A stretch of DNA of 64,000 nucleotides from Actinomycetota bacterium (GTDB taxonomy: Bacteria; Actinomycetota; UBA4738; HRBIN12), in contig JBBECT010000005.1 of the NCBI GenBank assembly GCA_040881665.1, positions 4,652 to 68,651 on the forward strand, in the 5' to 3' direction. Positions 40,173-48,784 of this stretch are shown piece by piece. Position 1 is the stretch's first letter. The number at the start of each line of letters is the position of its first letter. A program made the translations under genes and the position numbers. The notes below the pieces were generated by a model. It searched no databases. It was not told where the DNA came from and saw only the letters and a list, made by a program, of their open reading frames with translations.

Positions 40173-41686
40173 GTGATCCCGCCGCCGAAGCACCTCCCCG
40201 CGTCCCGGCGCCCGTCGGTGCTCCCGTGCGCCGTCAGGGACCGCCGGTGCACGAGGGCACGATCCTGGAGCACTCCCGCCCGGGCCGGCGAGCGAGCAGC
40301 TTCCCCGAGCTGGACGTGCCGGACGCGGTGCTGCCCGACGAACACCTGCGCGGGCGACCGGCGGTGCTCCCGGAGGTTGCCGAACGGGATCTCGTCACGC
40401 ACTACACGCGTCTGGCGCAGATGAACTACGGGGTCGATACCGGGTTCTACCCGCTGGGGTCGTGCTCGATGAAGTACAACCCGAAGTCCGCCGAGGAGGC
40501 GGCGGCCCTTCCCGGCTTCCGCCGGATGCATCCATTGCAACCCGACGCGACGGCGCAAGGGGCCCTCGAGCTGCTCTGGCGCCTCGAACAGGCGCTCTGC
40601 GAGATCACGGGGATGTCCCGCGCGAGCATGACGCCGCCGGCGGGCGCGTGCGGCGAGCTGACGGGGTTGCTGATCATGCGCGCCTACCACCGGGACCGTG
40701 GAAGCCACAAGACCAAGGTGCTGATCCCGGATGCGGCGCACGGGACCAACCCCGCGAGTGTGCGGCTCGCCGGGTTCCAGGCGGTTTCGGTACCGAGCGA
40801 CGATCGTGGGCTCGTCGACGTGGAGGCGCTCTCCGGCCTCGTGGACGACGAGGTCGCCGGTCTGATGCTCACGAACCCCAATACGCTCGGCGCCTTCGAG
40901 CGCGACATCGAGGAGATCACGCGGATCGTCAAGCAGGTCGACGGGCTCGTCTACTACGACGGGGCGAACCTGAACGCGATCCTCGGATGGTGCAGGCCGG
41001 GGGACATGGGCTTCGACATCGTGCACATCAACACCCACAAGACCTTCGCGACCCCCCACGGCGGGGGAGGTCCGGGCGCCGGTCCCGTGGGCGTGATCGA
41101 GCGCCTGGTCCCGTACCTGCCCGTTCCCCGCGTCGAGCGGGACGAGGACACCGGAACGTTCCGGCTGGAACACGACGCCGCGGACTCGATCGGGCGGATG
41201 CACGGGTTCCACGGCAACTTCGGTGTCCTCGTCCGCGCCTACCTGTATGTGTTCCTCCACGGGGGGGACGGACTCCGTCAGGTGAGCGAACGCGCGGTGC
41301 TGAACGCGAACTACCTGGCGCGGCTCGTCGAGGAGGTGTTCCCTCCTGCGTACCCGGATCTCCCACCGATGCACGAGTTCGTCGCGACCGCCCTCCCGCT
41401 CGAACAGGAGCACGGCATCCGCGCGATGGATGTGGCCAAGCGTCTGATCGACCTCGGTTACCACCCGAGCACGGTGTATTTCCCCCTGGTGGTGGACGAA
41501 GCGATGATGGTCGAACCCACCGAGACCGAGACCAAGGAGACCCTCGAGGCCTTCGCCGCGGCCTTGCGCCAGGTCGCCGAGGAAGCCGCAACCGCCCCGG
41601 ACCTGCTCCATGAAGCGCCGGTGACCACCCCCGTGCGACGGCTCGACGAGGCCCGCGCAGCTCGGAACCTCCGCTTGCGCTGGTAG
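40169..41686 (+). CDS. gcvPB: Glycine dehydrogenase (aminomethyl-transferring) subunit 2
   Basis: 505 aa, 4-nt overlap with gcvPA. PLGSCSMKYNP, PLP-lysine region HINTHKTFATPHGGGGPG. Confidence 0.95.
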   Translation: MSDPAAEAPPRVPAPVGAPVRRQGPPVHEGTILEHSRPGRRASSFPELDVPDAVLPDEHLRGRPAVLPEVAERDLVTHYTRLAQMNYGVDTGFYPLGSCSMKYNPKSAEEAAALPGFRRMHPLQPDATAQGALELLWRLEQALCEITGMSRASMTPPAGACGELTGLLIMRAYHRDRGSHKTKVLIPDAAHGTNPASVRLAGFQAVSVPSDDRGLVDVEALSGLVDDEVAGLMLTNPNTLGAFERDIEEITRIVKQVDGLVYYDGANLNAILGWCRPGDMGFDIVHINTHKTFATPHGGGGPGAGPVGVIERLVPYLPVPRVERDEDTGTFRLEHDAADSIGRMHGFHGNFGVLVRAYLYVFLHGGDGLRQVSERAVLNANYLARLVEEVFPPAYPDLPPMHEFVATALPLEQEHGIRAMDVAKRLIDLGYHPSTVYFPLVVDEAMMVEPTETETKETLEAFAAALRQVAEEAATAPDLLHEAPVTTPVRRLDEARAARNLRLRW

Positions 41687-41714
41687 GAGCAGGGGGCCAC
41701 CCCGGGCGGCCGCA

Positions 41715-42011
41715 CCGGGAGGATCCTATCCGGCGGTTGGTGGGTACGGGGTAGCCAGCACGGGCTACTACGGAATGGGCAGTTCCACTCAAGTTCCATC
41801 GCCCTCGCGCCGATGGTGCGTGTGGGAGGAACGACATAGCGGTCCCGAGAAGGGCTAACCACCGGGAACGGTGGGACGCAAAGCATCGGGCCTCACCGCT
41901 CCGACGACCTCGTGAAGGTCGCGGCGGCGAAGGCGGCCGAGCTACCGAAGGACCAGGATCGACCACCGGTTCTGGAGCTTTGATCGGGGCCCCTCGAAGG
42001 GGAGGGGAGAC
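41715..42011 (+). promoter_or_regulatory. Candidate ydaO/yuaA-type (c-di-AMP) riboswitch leader with SD-sequestering helix
   Basis: 325-nt non-coding leader. Blocks GGUACGGGGUAGCC, GGGAGGAAC and CCCGAGAAGGGCUAACC followed by a tetraloop hairpin (CCACCG-GGAA-CGGUGG), then CCGAAGGA, resemble recalled ydaO conserved blocks in the same order. CCCCUC (41990-95) pairs with GAGGGG (42002-07) inside the SD. Confidence 0.4.
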
Positions 42012-42479
42012 ATGCGAACGACCAGGAGCGTAGGGGCGACCCGCATCGTCCTCGTCTCGACCCTGGTGCTGGCGCTGGGGCTCGGGGTGCTCGGGACGGC
42101 GCCCGCCTCCGCGGGTAAGCACGGCCGCCGCGATCAGATGCTCTCGCTGCTCAACAAGGCTCGCACGAACCGCGATGTGCGGCGCCTCGACGTGAAATCC
42201 ATCGTCGCGCGCCGGGCTGCCGGACACAGCCGGGCGATGGACCGCAAGAACCGCCTCTACCACTCGGATCCACTCGCTCGTCAGGTCCGCGGGGTGCGCT
42301 GGCGCGTGGTGGGCGAAAACGTCGGCGTGGGCCCGAGCATCGATGGCCTCTACCGGGCCTTCATGCGGAGCAAGCCGCACAAGCGGAACATCCTGGATCG
42401 CTCGTTCAAAAAGGTCGGTATCGGCTTCGACGTCGACAGGCGCGGCAACCACTGGGTGACGCTGATCTTCTACGGCTGA
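42012..42479 (+). CDS. Secreted CAP/SCP domain protein, paralogue 2
   Basis: Signal peptide ...APASAG. LLNKARTNRDVRRLDVKSIVARRAAGHSRAMDRKNRLYH...GENVG...HKRNIL. Confidence 0.75.
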   Translation: MRTTRSVGATRIVLVSTLVLALGLGVLGTAPASAGKHGRRDQMLSLLNKARTNRDVRRLDVKSIVARRAAGHSRAMDRKNRLYHSDPLARQVRGVRWRVVGENVGVGPSIDGLYRAFMRSKPHKRNILDRSFKKVGIGFDVDRRGNHWVTLIFYG

Positions 42480-42500
42480 ACTCGCGCGATCGACGCGTGC

Positions 42501-42550
42501 GTTCCCCCCGTGGGAACGGCGAGAGGCCCCGGGTGCGTCCGGGGCCTCTT
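42501..42550 (+). terminator. Two hairpins downstream of the CAP gene
   Basis: GTTCCC-cccgt-GGGAAC (42501-17) and AGAGGCCCCGG-gtgcgt-CCGGGGCCTCT (42522-49) followed by T. Confidence 0.55.
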
Positions 42551-42822
42551 CCATGTCCGGATGGCATCCGGCCCGGTCCTGACCGGCCGTCAACGCTGGA
42601 GGCGATCGGCGGATGCATCCCGTCACTCCCGACGAGATCGTCGATCGCCCGGTCCATCCGAGCACGGGCGTGAGTGTAGGAGCACCTCCGCCCCCTTCGA
42701 TCAGCAACAGGCAAACGGACGAAGATCGGGCTCCCCCCTTGCGCCCCGAGCATCCGGCGGGGTAGGCAAGGGGCCGGATCGGCGAGCGCGGGCGAGGGCC
42801 CGCGCAGGGGAGGAGGAGTGGG

Positions 42823-43371
42823 ATGCGACGCACATGGATGTTGGTCGCGGTGAGCTCTTTGGTGGTCGCGAGCCTGGTCGGGGCAGGATCCGGCTCGGTC
42901 GCGGAGACGAGGCCTCGGGACCATATCGGGGCGGGACATGCGGTCGCGACGAAGGGGGCCACGACGTTCGAGCCGAACGCGAACGTCGTGAGCACCTTGC
43001 GATTCGGCACCGGTCGGATCGTCGTGGAGTCGGGGGACCAGGTCCGCTGGGTGCACCGAGACTCGGACCCGGACCCGCACTCGATCACGATCGTGAAGGC
43101 CTCGGAAGTGCCCGAGTCGATCGGTGAGGTCTTCGCCGGTGAATGCGCCTCGTGTGACCAGGCCGCGGAAGGTCATTTCGCGGGTGGTGGCCTCGTGCGC
43201 AAGGTCGAGGACGACGACGACGGCGAGTTCGGGCTCGACGGGCCCGGAGACTCCCTGTGGCTGAACCCCGGCGCGAAGATCACCTCTGTCGTCTCCGCCC
43301 CTGCGGGGACGCGGGTGCGGTACATCTGCTTCATCCATCCCTGGATGATCGGAACGATCAAGGTCGCTTGA
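42823..43371 (+). CDS. Secreted cupredoxin (amicyanin/plastocyanin-like type-1 copper protein)
   Basis: Signal peptide. Putative Cu ligands H (DPHSIT) and C-x2-H-x2-M (YICFIHPWM), the spacing recalled for amicyanin. Confidence 0.7.
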   Translation: MRRTWMLVAVSSLVVASLVGAGSGSVAETRPRDHIGAGHAVATKGATTFEPNANVVSTLRFGTGRIVVESGDQVRWVHRDSDPDPHSITIVKASEVPESIGEVFAGECASCDQAAEGHFAGGGLVRKVEDDDDGEFGLDGPGDSLWLNPGAKITSVVSAPAGTRVRYICFIHPWMIGTIKVA

Positions 43372-43388
43372 CCGACCCGTGCGGCGAA

Positions 43389-43421
43389 GGGACGGTCCGG
43401 GGGAGCACCCTGGGCCGTCCC
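43389..43421 (+). terminator. 14-bp hairpin downstream of the cupredoxin gene
   Basis: GGGACGGUCCGGGG-gagca-CCCUGGGCCGUCCC (includes G-U pairs). Confidence 0.5.
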
Positions 43422-43531
43422 TCGGACGGTTCTGCGTAATTGGCCAGTGGTCCGAGTTTCGTGCGCACTTTACATAACGTACATTATCGGGGGTTAGGGG
43501 AATGGAGACACGCAAGGGGTTCGGGGACTCC

Positions 43532-44170
43532 CTAGAGCACACGCAGAGCTTCGAACGGGTCTCGTTCCCGGCGTGTCAGGGCGTGTAGGACTTCGGGAGC
43601 TCCGTGGCGAAGGACCGCGGCGTCGACGAGTACCGCGATCGCATCGCGTTGCGCGTCCGGCGGTACGTCGGGCGGGTCCACGCCGAGCGACAGCGCCAGA
43701 TCCTCGATGTGGACGACGAGCTCGACGAGTCGGGTTCGCAGGTACTCGTCGAGCAACAGGATCCGTCCGAACGCCTCGAGGCGCCGGTCGCTTGGCTCTG
43801 CGAGGAGACGCTGTCGCAGCCGCTGGAGGGCCTCGCGGGTCCTGCGGGCGAGCGCCGTCGGGCCCTCCTCCGCCGTCTCGAGGCTGCGCTCTCGCACCCC
43901 GGTGTTCAGTGGCGAGCGCAGATCGTTCGCCCCCTCCAGTCGCGCGTAGTACGCGGCCGCCGTGATCGGGTCCCGGTCGGGTACGGGAGCATCCAAGTAC
44001 CACTCCACCTGGAGGACGGAGCGCGCCAGGTGCGCCGCCAACCCCCCGGTCGGCAGCTCGTCCAACACGCTCGGCCGATCCCAGGCGGGGGCGACCTCGC
44101 CGGCCACGATCAGCTCGACGGCCACGTCCGCGGTCGCCAGATATCGAGCCCTGGCCACGCCCATCTTCAT
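43532..44170 (-). CDS. Maleylpyruvate isomerase N-terminal / DinB-like (mycothiol-dependent family) protein
   Basis: ORF 43532..44272 trimmed to ATG 44170 (ATGA overlap with the lnt-ppm1 stop). Actinobacterial TIGR03083-like helical bundle, assigned by impression only. Confidence 0.55.
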   Translation of the reverse strand: MKMGVARARYLATADVAVELIVAGEVAPAWDRPSVLDELPTGGLAAHLARSVLQVEWYLDAPVPDRDPITAAAYYARLEGANDLRSPLNTGVRERSLETAEEGPTALARRTREALQRLRQRLLAEPSDRRLEAFGRILLLDEYLRTRLVELVVHIEDLALSLGVDPPDVPPDAQRDAIAVLVDAAVLRHGAPEVLHALTRRERDPFEALRVL

Positions 44171-46419
44171 GCGGACGTCCCCGTTCCTTGTTTGGCGTCG
44201 CCGAGCGGACGGTCGGCCAGCAACGGATCGCCCCGCAGGCGCGCCCGGAACCCCCAGACCGCCACGAGCCACAACGCCTCGACCACGATCCGGCGGGAGA
44301 TCTTCGAGTGTCCGTGCTCGCGTTCGCGGAAGCTGATCGGTGCCTCCCCCACGGACGCTCCGAGCGCCCAGGAACGCAACGCGAGCTCGATCTGGAACCC
44401 GTAGCCCTCCGAGGTGATCGGCCGGGAGAGCAGCTCGGCAAGCAGCGCCCGGCGGTACACGCGGAACCCGCTCGTCGCATCGCGGACCGGAAGGCCGAGT
44501 GCGAGTCGCGCGTAGAGGTTGCCCATCCTGGACAGGGCGACGCGGGTCCGGCTCCAGTTGGTCACCGAGCCGCCCGAGACGTACCGGCTGCCGATAACCA
44601 GGTCATGCGTGTCTGCGTCCGCCAGCAACCCATGGAGCTCCTCCGGCTGGTGGGACAGGTCCGAGTCCATCTCCACGATCAGGTCGTACCCCTCCTCGAG
44701 CGCGGTCCGGAACCCATCGAGGTAGGCGCTCGCGAGTCCGGCCTTACCGGGCCGCTCCAGCAGACGAACGCGCGGCTCGGTTCCCGCGCGGACACGCACC
44801 AGCTCGCCGGTCCCGTCGGGCGAGGAGTCGTCGATCACGAGGAGCTCGACGTGCTCGGGCAGCGACAGGAGCTCCTCGATCACCGTTCCGATCGTGTCCC
44901 GCTCGTCGTAGGTGGGCAACACGACGAGCGTGCGGGGCCTGTCTGCCAGCCGGACGGGCTCGGGCCACTCCCGACGCCGGCGACGGGGCAGCGCGATCGC
45001 CGTGATCACGAGCGCGAGGAACAGCCACGGGACGAGGTAGCCGAATCGTACGTAGGGCGTGCGGTGGTCGCCGGTCGTCACCGTGGAGCGCAGCACACCC
45101 GGTTCGAACAGTCCGATGCGATCCATCACCGCACCGTTCGCATCGACGACGGCGCCGATCCCCGAGATCGCCGCGTGAACCAGCGGACGACCCGTCTCGA
45201 CCGCACGGAGACGGCTCATCTGGACGTGCTGGGCCGACGCGGCCGTGTCCTCGTAGGAAGCGTTGTTCGTCGTCACGACGAGCACCTCGGCACCGTCGGC
45301 GACGAGCTCGCGCTGTACGCGTTCGAAGGTGTTCTCGAAGCAGATCGAGACGCCGAGCGGAGGCAGTCCGGCGCCCCGAAGGGCGTGTACCCGCGTTCCC
45401 GGGGTCAGGTCGTAGGGGATCTGTCGGAGCGCTGTCACCCAATCGAGAGCACCGCGGAACGGCACGTACTCGCCGAACGGAACGAGACGAACCTTGGAAT
45501 AGCTGTCGACTTGCTCCCCCGTCGCGTCGAGCAGGTTCGCCTGTCGCTCCAGACCTCCGGAGGCGCCGGGCTGCGTGGTGCTGACGAGCGTCGGGGCCGC
45601 CACGTCGACAACGGCCTCGCGTACCTGCGCGAGTGTCGCCTCGTCCACCGCGCCGGGGTCCAGCGAGCTCTCACCCCACACGACGAGGTCGGGTGGGTCG
45701 ACGGCCAGGGTCCGGTGCAGGTCGGTGTGCAGGCGTGCGATCGCGCGGTCCTCCCCCACCCGATCGAGCTGCTCCGCGGAACGCACGTCGACCTGGATCG
45801 CGGCTACCTCCAAAGGGTCGCCATCCTCGGGGGCGGAGGGGACGGCGACGGGCACCACGAGCAGGCCAACCGCGACCGCGAGCGCAACGATCGGCCGAAC
45901 CGGATGCCGATCCCAGGTGAGGGCGTCGATCGTGGCGACCACGAGCCCGTTCACCAGTGCCACGACGAAGGCGATGCCCCAGGAGCCGACGATCGAGGCG
46001 ATCGGGAGCAGGGGGCCGTCGACCTGGGGGGCCGCCAGGCTCCCCCACCCGAACCCACCGAGCGGCACCGTTGCTCGCACCCACTCCACGACTACGACCC
46101 ACGCGGCGGCGGCCGCGACCGCGGACCACCCGGGACGCCGGAACCGCCAGACCAGCGGCAGCAGTCCGGAGAAGAGGGCCACGAACAGCGCCAGGACCAG
46201 GGTGAGCGAGAACCACGCCAACTCGCCGAACAGCGCGATCCAGTCCAGCGTCGTGCCGAAGAACGCAAGGCCGAACACGAGCCCGAGCAGGAAGCCGCGA
46301 CGGGGCCGAGCGTCGCGCGCGAGCCATAGCAACGGTGCGAGCGCGACGAGCGAGACGGGCCAGAACCCGACCGGAGGGAACGCGAGCGAGAGCAGGAACC
46401 CGCCCAGCGCGGCGATCAC
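44167..46419 (-). CDS. ppm1: Apolipoprotein N-acyltransferase fused to polyprenol-phosphate mannose synthase (Ppm1-like two-domain protein)
   Basis: N-terminal multi-TM plus CN-hydrolase region (VSICFEN). C-terminal GT2 domain (VVLPTYDERDTI, VIDDSSPDGT, EMDSDLSH). Same fusion as recalled for Rv2051c. Start is GTG 46419 or ATG 46530. Confidence 0.85.
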   Translation of the reverse strand: MIAALGGFLLSLAFPPVGFWPVSLVALAPLLWLARDARPRRGFLLGLVFGLAFFGTTLDWIALFGELAWFSLTLVLALFVALFSGLLPLVWRFRRPGWSAVAAAAAWVVVVEWVRATVPLGGFGWGSLAAPQVDGPLLPIASIVGSWGIAFVVALVNGLVVATIDALTWDRHPVRPIVALAVAVGLLVVPVAVPSAPEDGDPLEVAAIQVDVRSAEQLDRVGEDRAIARLHTDLHRTLAVDPPDLVVWGESSLDPGAVDEATLAQVREAVVDVAAPTLVSTTQPGASGGLERQANLLDATGEQVDSYSKVRLVPFGEYVPFRGALDWVTALRQIPYDLTPGTRVHALRGAGLPPLGVSICFENTFERVQRELVADGAEVLVVTTNNASYEDTAASAQHVQMSRLRAVETGRPLVHAAISGIGAVVDANGAVMDRIGLFEPGVLRSTVTTGDHRTPYVRFGYLVPWLFLALVITAIALPRRRRREWPEPVRLADRPRTLVVLPTYDERDTIGTVIEELLSLPEHVELLVIDDSSPDGTGELVRVRAGTEPRVRLLERPGKAGLASAYLDGFRTALEEGYDLIVEMDSDLSHQPEELHGLLADADTHDLVIGSRYVSGGSVTNWSRTRVALSRMGNLYARLALGLPVRDATSGFRVYRRALLAELLSRPITSEGYGFQIELALRSWALGASVGEAPISFREREHGHSKISRRIVVEALWLVAVWGFRARLRGDPLLADRPLGDAKQGTGTSA

Positions 46420-46451
46420 CAGGGAGACGGACAGAGGTGGAGTCGGAGCGC

Positions 46452-46817
46452 CTACGCGCAGTCCCGGCAGAGCTTCCGCTTCGCGTCCTTCAGCTGGCTC
46501 CGGTGCTTGACCAGATAGCACTTCTTGCATACGAACTCGGTCTCTTGAGGCGGAACGACCTTAACCGCGAGGGGTTCGAGCTTCTCCTCGCGTCCGAGCG
46601 TAAGCGACGCATCGTCCTCCTCGTCGCCGCCGGCGCGCGCCTCCTTCTTGACGATCTGGTCGATCGACTCGACGTCCTCGTCGCCGGTCGAACGTGCCCG
46701 GTTCGGGGGCGTCGCGGGGGCGTCGTCGGAGGCCTCCGACGCGTCGCTGTCCCCGGCCGCGTCGGGCCCGTCCTCGTCCAGCTCTTGGTCTGTGTCGTCC
46801 GTCGCGCTCATCGGCAT
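46452..46817 (-). CDS. DUF4193 family protein
   Basis: Acidic N-terminus plus C-terminus EFVCKKCYLVKHRSQL...LCRDCA, typical of DUF4193. Confidence 0.8.
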   Translation of the reverse strand: MPMSATDDTDQELDEDGPDAAGDSDASEASDDAPATPPNRARSTGDEDVESIDQIVKKEARAGGDEEDDASLTLGREEKLEPLAVKVVPPQETEFVCKKCYLVKHRSQLKDAKRKLCRDCA

Positions 46818-46879
46818 GCTCGCAGCGTGGTGGGGGGTCCGGTCCGTCCGTATCGTCGATTCGAAACCACGAGCGCCGC

Positions 46880-46907
46880 ATCATACTGCCTGCTGCCACG
46901 CTCGCAA
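46880..46907 (-). promoter_or_regulatory. Sigma-A-like promoter for the DUF4193 gene
   Basis: Minus strand TTGCGA (46907-02), 16-nt spacer, TATGAT (46885-80). Confidence 0.4.
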
Positions 46908-46914
46908 CCAAGCC

Positions 46915-47160
46915 GTCGGCACGGGCCACGCAGGCGCGTACCGGCCCGTGGAACATCGCCGGCCGCAGGAGTATTCCCGAGTTCATGCCCCGGAGCAGAC
47001 GAGTCGGCAGCGTGTTCGTCGCCGGAGGCCGCGATGGGTGGCGGGAGAGGGAGGAATAGGAGAGGACCCAAGAGACCTTTGGGGCCGCAACGCCGGGGCG
47101 CTGCGTTCTCTACTCAGCCTCTTGGGTCCTCCATGCGCCTCCGCCGAGGCGGTGACGCGA
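46915..47160 (-). ncRNA. Candidate small RNA / structured non-coding transcript
   Basis: No credible ORF. Own promoter-like element upstream. 13-bp perfect stem (47062-74 with 47119-31) enclosing an 8-bp hairpin. CU-rich tract UCCUAUUCCUCCCUCUCCC. Terminal hairpin CACGGGCC...GGCCCGUG (46920-50). Confidence 0.35.
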
Positions 47161-47165
47161 GCGCC

Positions 47166-47195
47166 ACTCTAGGGCGGCCCGCGAGCGCGCGTCAA
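47166..47195 (-). promoter_or_regulatory. Sigma-A-like promoter preceding the candidate sRNA
   Basis: Minus strand TTGACG (47195-90), 18-nt spacer, TAGAGT (47171-66). Confidence 0.4.
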
Positions 47196-47250
47196 ACGCG
47201 CAGGAGGATGCCTCCCGTTCGATCGGCGTTCGCCGCCGTGTCGATCGCGG

Positions 47251-48777
47251 TCAGCTCGCGAACACCTCGCGGCCGAGCGACACGGTGAGGATCGGCCGGA
47301 CCTCGTCCAAGTCGGGTTCGGTCGCCGGGTCGACATCGAACGCGACGAAGTCGGCGTGCATCCCCGGCTCAAGGTAGCCCTTCTTGGAGTCCTGACGCGC
47401 GAGCCGCGCGCCGCCATAGGTCGACAGATGCAGCGCCTGCGCGCGCGTGAGTCGCTGTTCGCGGTCGTGGTGGCGTTCGAGCCCGACGATCGAGGCCATC
47501 GGATCGAGCGGGGTGATCGGCGCATCCGATCCGACGCCGAGCTCGATCCCCCGCTCGAGACAGGAGCGGAACGGGTTCATCGGGCGCGTCCGCAGCGCGC
47601 CGAGCCGCTGCTCGTACAGCCCGCCCGGCATCCCCCAGGCCGTGTCGAACGCCGGCTGGAACGAGATCGCCAGCCCGAGCATCGCGGCACGCTCCACGTG
47701 CACGGCCGTCGCCATCTCGAAGTGCTCCACGCGGTGGCGCCGTGCTCGGAAATGCCTGCGCTCCCGGGAATCCAGGCCCTGGTAGACCCGTTCCCATCCG
47801 GCCAGAACCTGCTCGATCCCCCGGTCTCCGATCGCGTGGACCCCGACCTGCAGTCCGGCGGCATGCCCGGCCCGGAAGAATCGCGTGAGCCCCTCATCGT
47901 CGTGGTACAAGACCCCGTACTCGCCCGGCCGATCCTCGTAGGGAGCGCTCAACGCCGCCGTGTGCGCTCCGAGCGAGCCGTCGACCGGCAGGTCGCCCCC
48001 GACGCGCGGCAACCCGAGTTCGATCGCCTGGGCGACATCGAGGGTTCCGAGGTACGTGACGACGTCGACCGGCAGGTTCGAGCGGTGCGCGAGCAACACC
48101 TCGAGATCACGCAGGCCTCGCTCGGCCGGCAGCGACATCTCGTGGACGCTCGTGACCCCCCGGGAGGCGGCCGTCGCCGCCGCCGACAGTTGCAGTTGCT
48201 GGATCCGGTGCTCCGAGAGCGTGGAGGCGAGCCAGCGCTTCAGTCGCTCGTTCGCTCGGCGCGTCAGGACGCCCGTCGGGGCGTCGGCCGCGTCGCGATC
48301 GACGCCCTGTTCCTCGAGTGCCCCCGAGGGCTCGAGTGCTGCCCGGTTCCCGATCGACAGATGGCCGTCGACCCGGACCACGACGAGCGGATCCGACGAG
48401 ACCTCGTCCAGCTCCGCGACCGTGGGCACCCGTACGCCCGACGCGCTTCCGGGCCAGGTCGATTCATCGAACCCGTGGACCAAGATCGCCCCCGGTTCCC
48501 GGTCGACGATGGTTCGCAGGACCTCCAGCAACGCTGCAGCGGACCGTGTCCGGGCGACCTCCGGATGGGCGGACGCGATCCCCGATCCCGTCAGGTGCAC
48601 GTGGGTGTCGACGAACCCGGGCAGGATCGTGGCTCCGGGGAGTTCCACGATGCGGTCGGCATCTGGCGGATCGCCGACCCCGACGCGCTGGATGTGGCGT
48701 TCGTCGACGAGGAGCCACTCCCCCGCCGGCGGGAGCGAGAAGGTGTGGACGATCGACGCCCGATAGAGCGTTCTCAC
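47251..48777 (-). CDS. Metal-dependent amidohydrolase (Amidohydro_3 / YtcJ-like)
   Basis: 508 aa. ILPGFVDTHVHL metal site, HAIGD, VEHF, GSDAP. Confidence 0.8.
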   Translation of the reverse strand: MRTLYRASIVHTFSLPPAGEWLLVDERHIQRVGVGDPPDADRIVELPGATILPGFVDTHVHLTGSGIASAHPEVARTRSAAALLEVLRTIVDREPGAILVHGFDESTWPGSASGVRVPTVAELDEVSSDPLVVVRVDGHLSIGNRAALEPSGALEEQGVDRDAADAPTGVLTRRANERLKRWLASTLSEHRIQQLQLSAAATAASRGVTSVHEMSLPAERGLRDLEVLLAHRSNLPVDVVTYLGTLDVAQAIELGLPRVGGDLPVDGSLGAHTAALSAPYEDRPGEYGVLYHDDEGLTRFFRAGHAAGLQVGVHAIGDRGIEQVLAGWERVYQGLDSRERRHFRARRHRVEHFEMATAVHVERAAMLGLAISFQPAFDTAWGMPGGLYEQRLGALRTRPMNPFRSCLERGIELGVGSDAPITPLDPMASIVGLERHHDREQRLTRAQALHLSTYGGARLARQDSKKGYLEPGMHADFVAFDVDPATEPDLDEVRPILTVSLGREVFAS

Positions 48778-48784
48778 CGGCCGA

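Noticed and set aside
42595-42750. About 50-codon ORF (MHPVTPDEIVDRPVHPSTGV...) with an upstream GGAGG in the 340-nt spacer before the cupredoxin gene
   Set aside because: Its Pro/Arg-rich composition is typical of random high-GC frames, and it has no recognisable motif. No CsoR-type or other copper operator palindrome was found either. The spacer remains unexplained, but I cannot support a feature there.
43425-43531. Locally AT-rich patch (…TAATTGGCCAGTGG…CACTTTACATAACGTACATTATCGG…) between the convergent cupredoxin and DinB-like genes
   Set aside because: It has no ORF, tRNA-like fold or convincing inverted repeat beyond GTGCGCAC and a TACAT direct repeat. It is most simply a convergent terminator spacer, and there is not enough evidence for an att site or sRNA.
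44188-46329. 713-aa ORF on the plus strand (similarly 5731..7626, 41028..43088, 7601..9265 and 15823..17145 on the minus strand)
   Set aside because: All lie antisense to, or out of frame with, genes that have clear family motifs. Their composition is Arg/Gly/Pro dominated.
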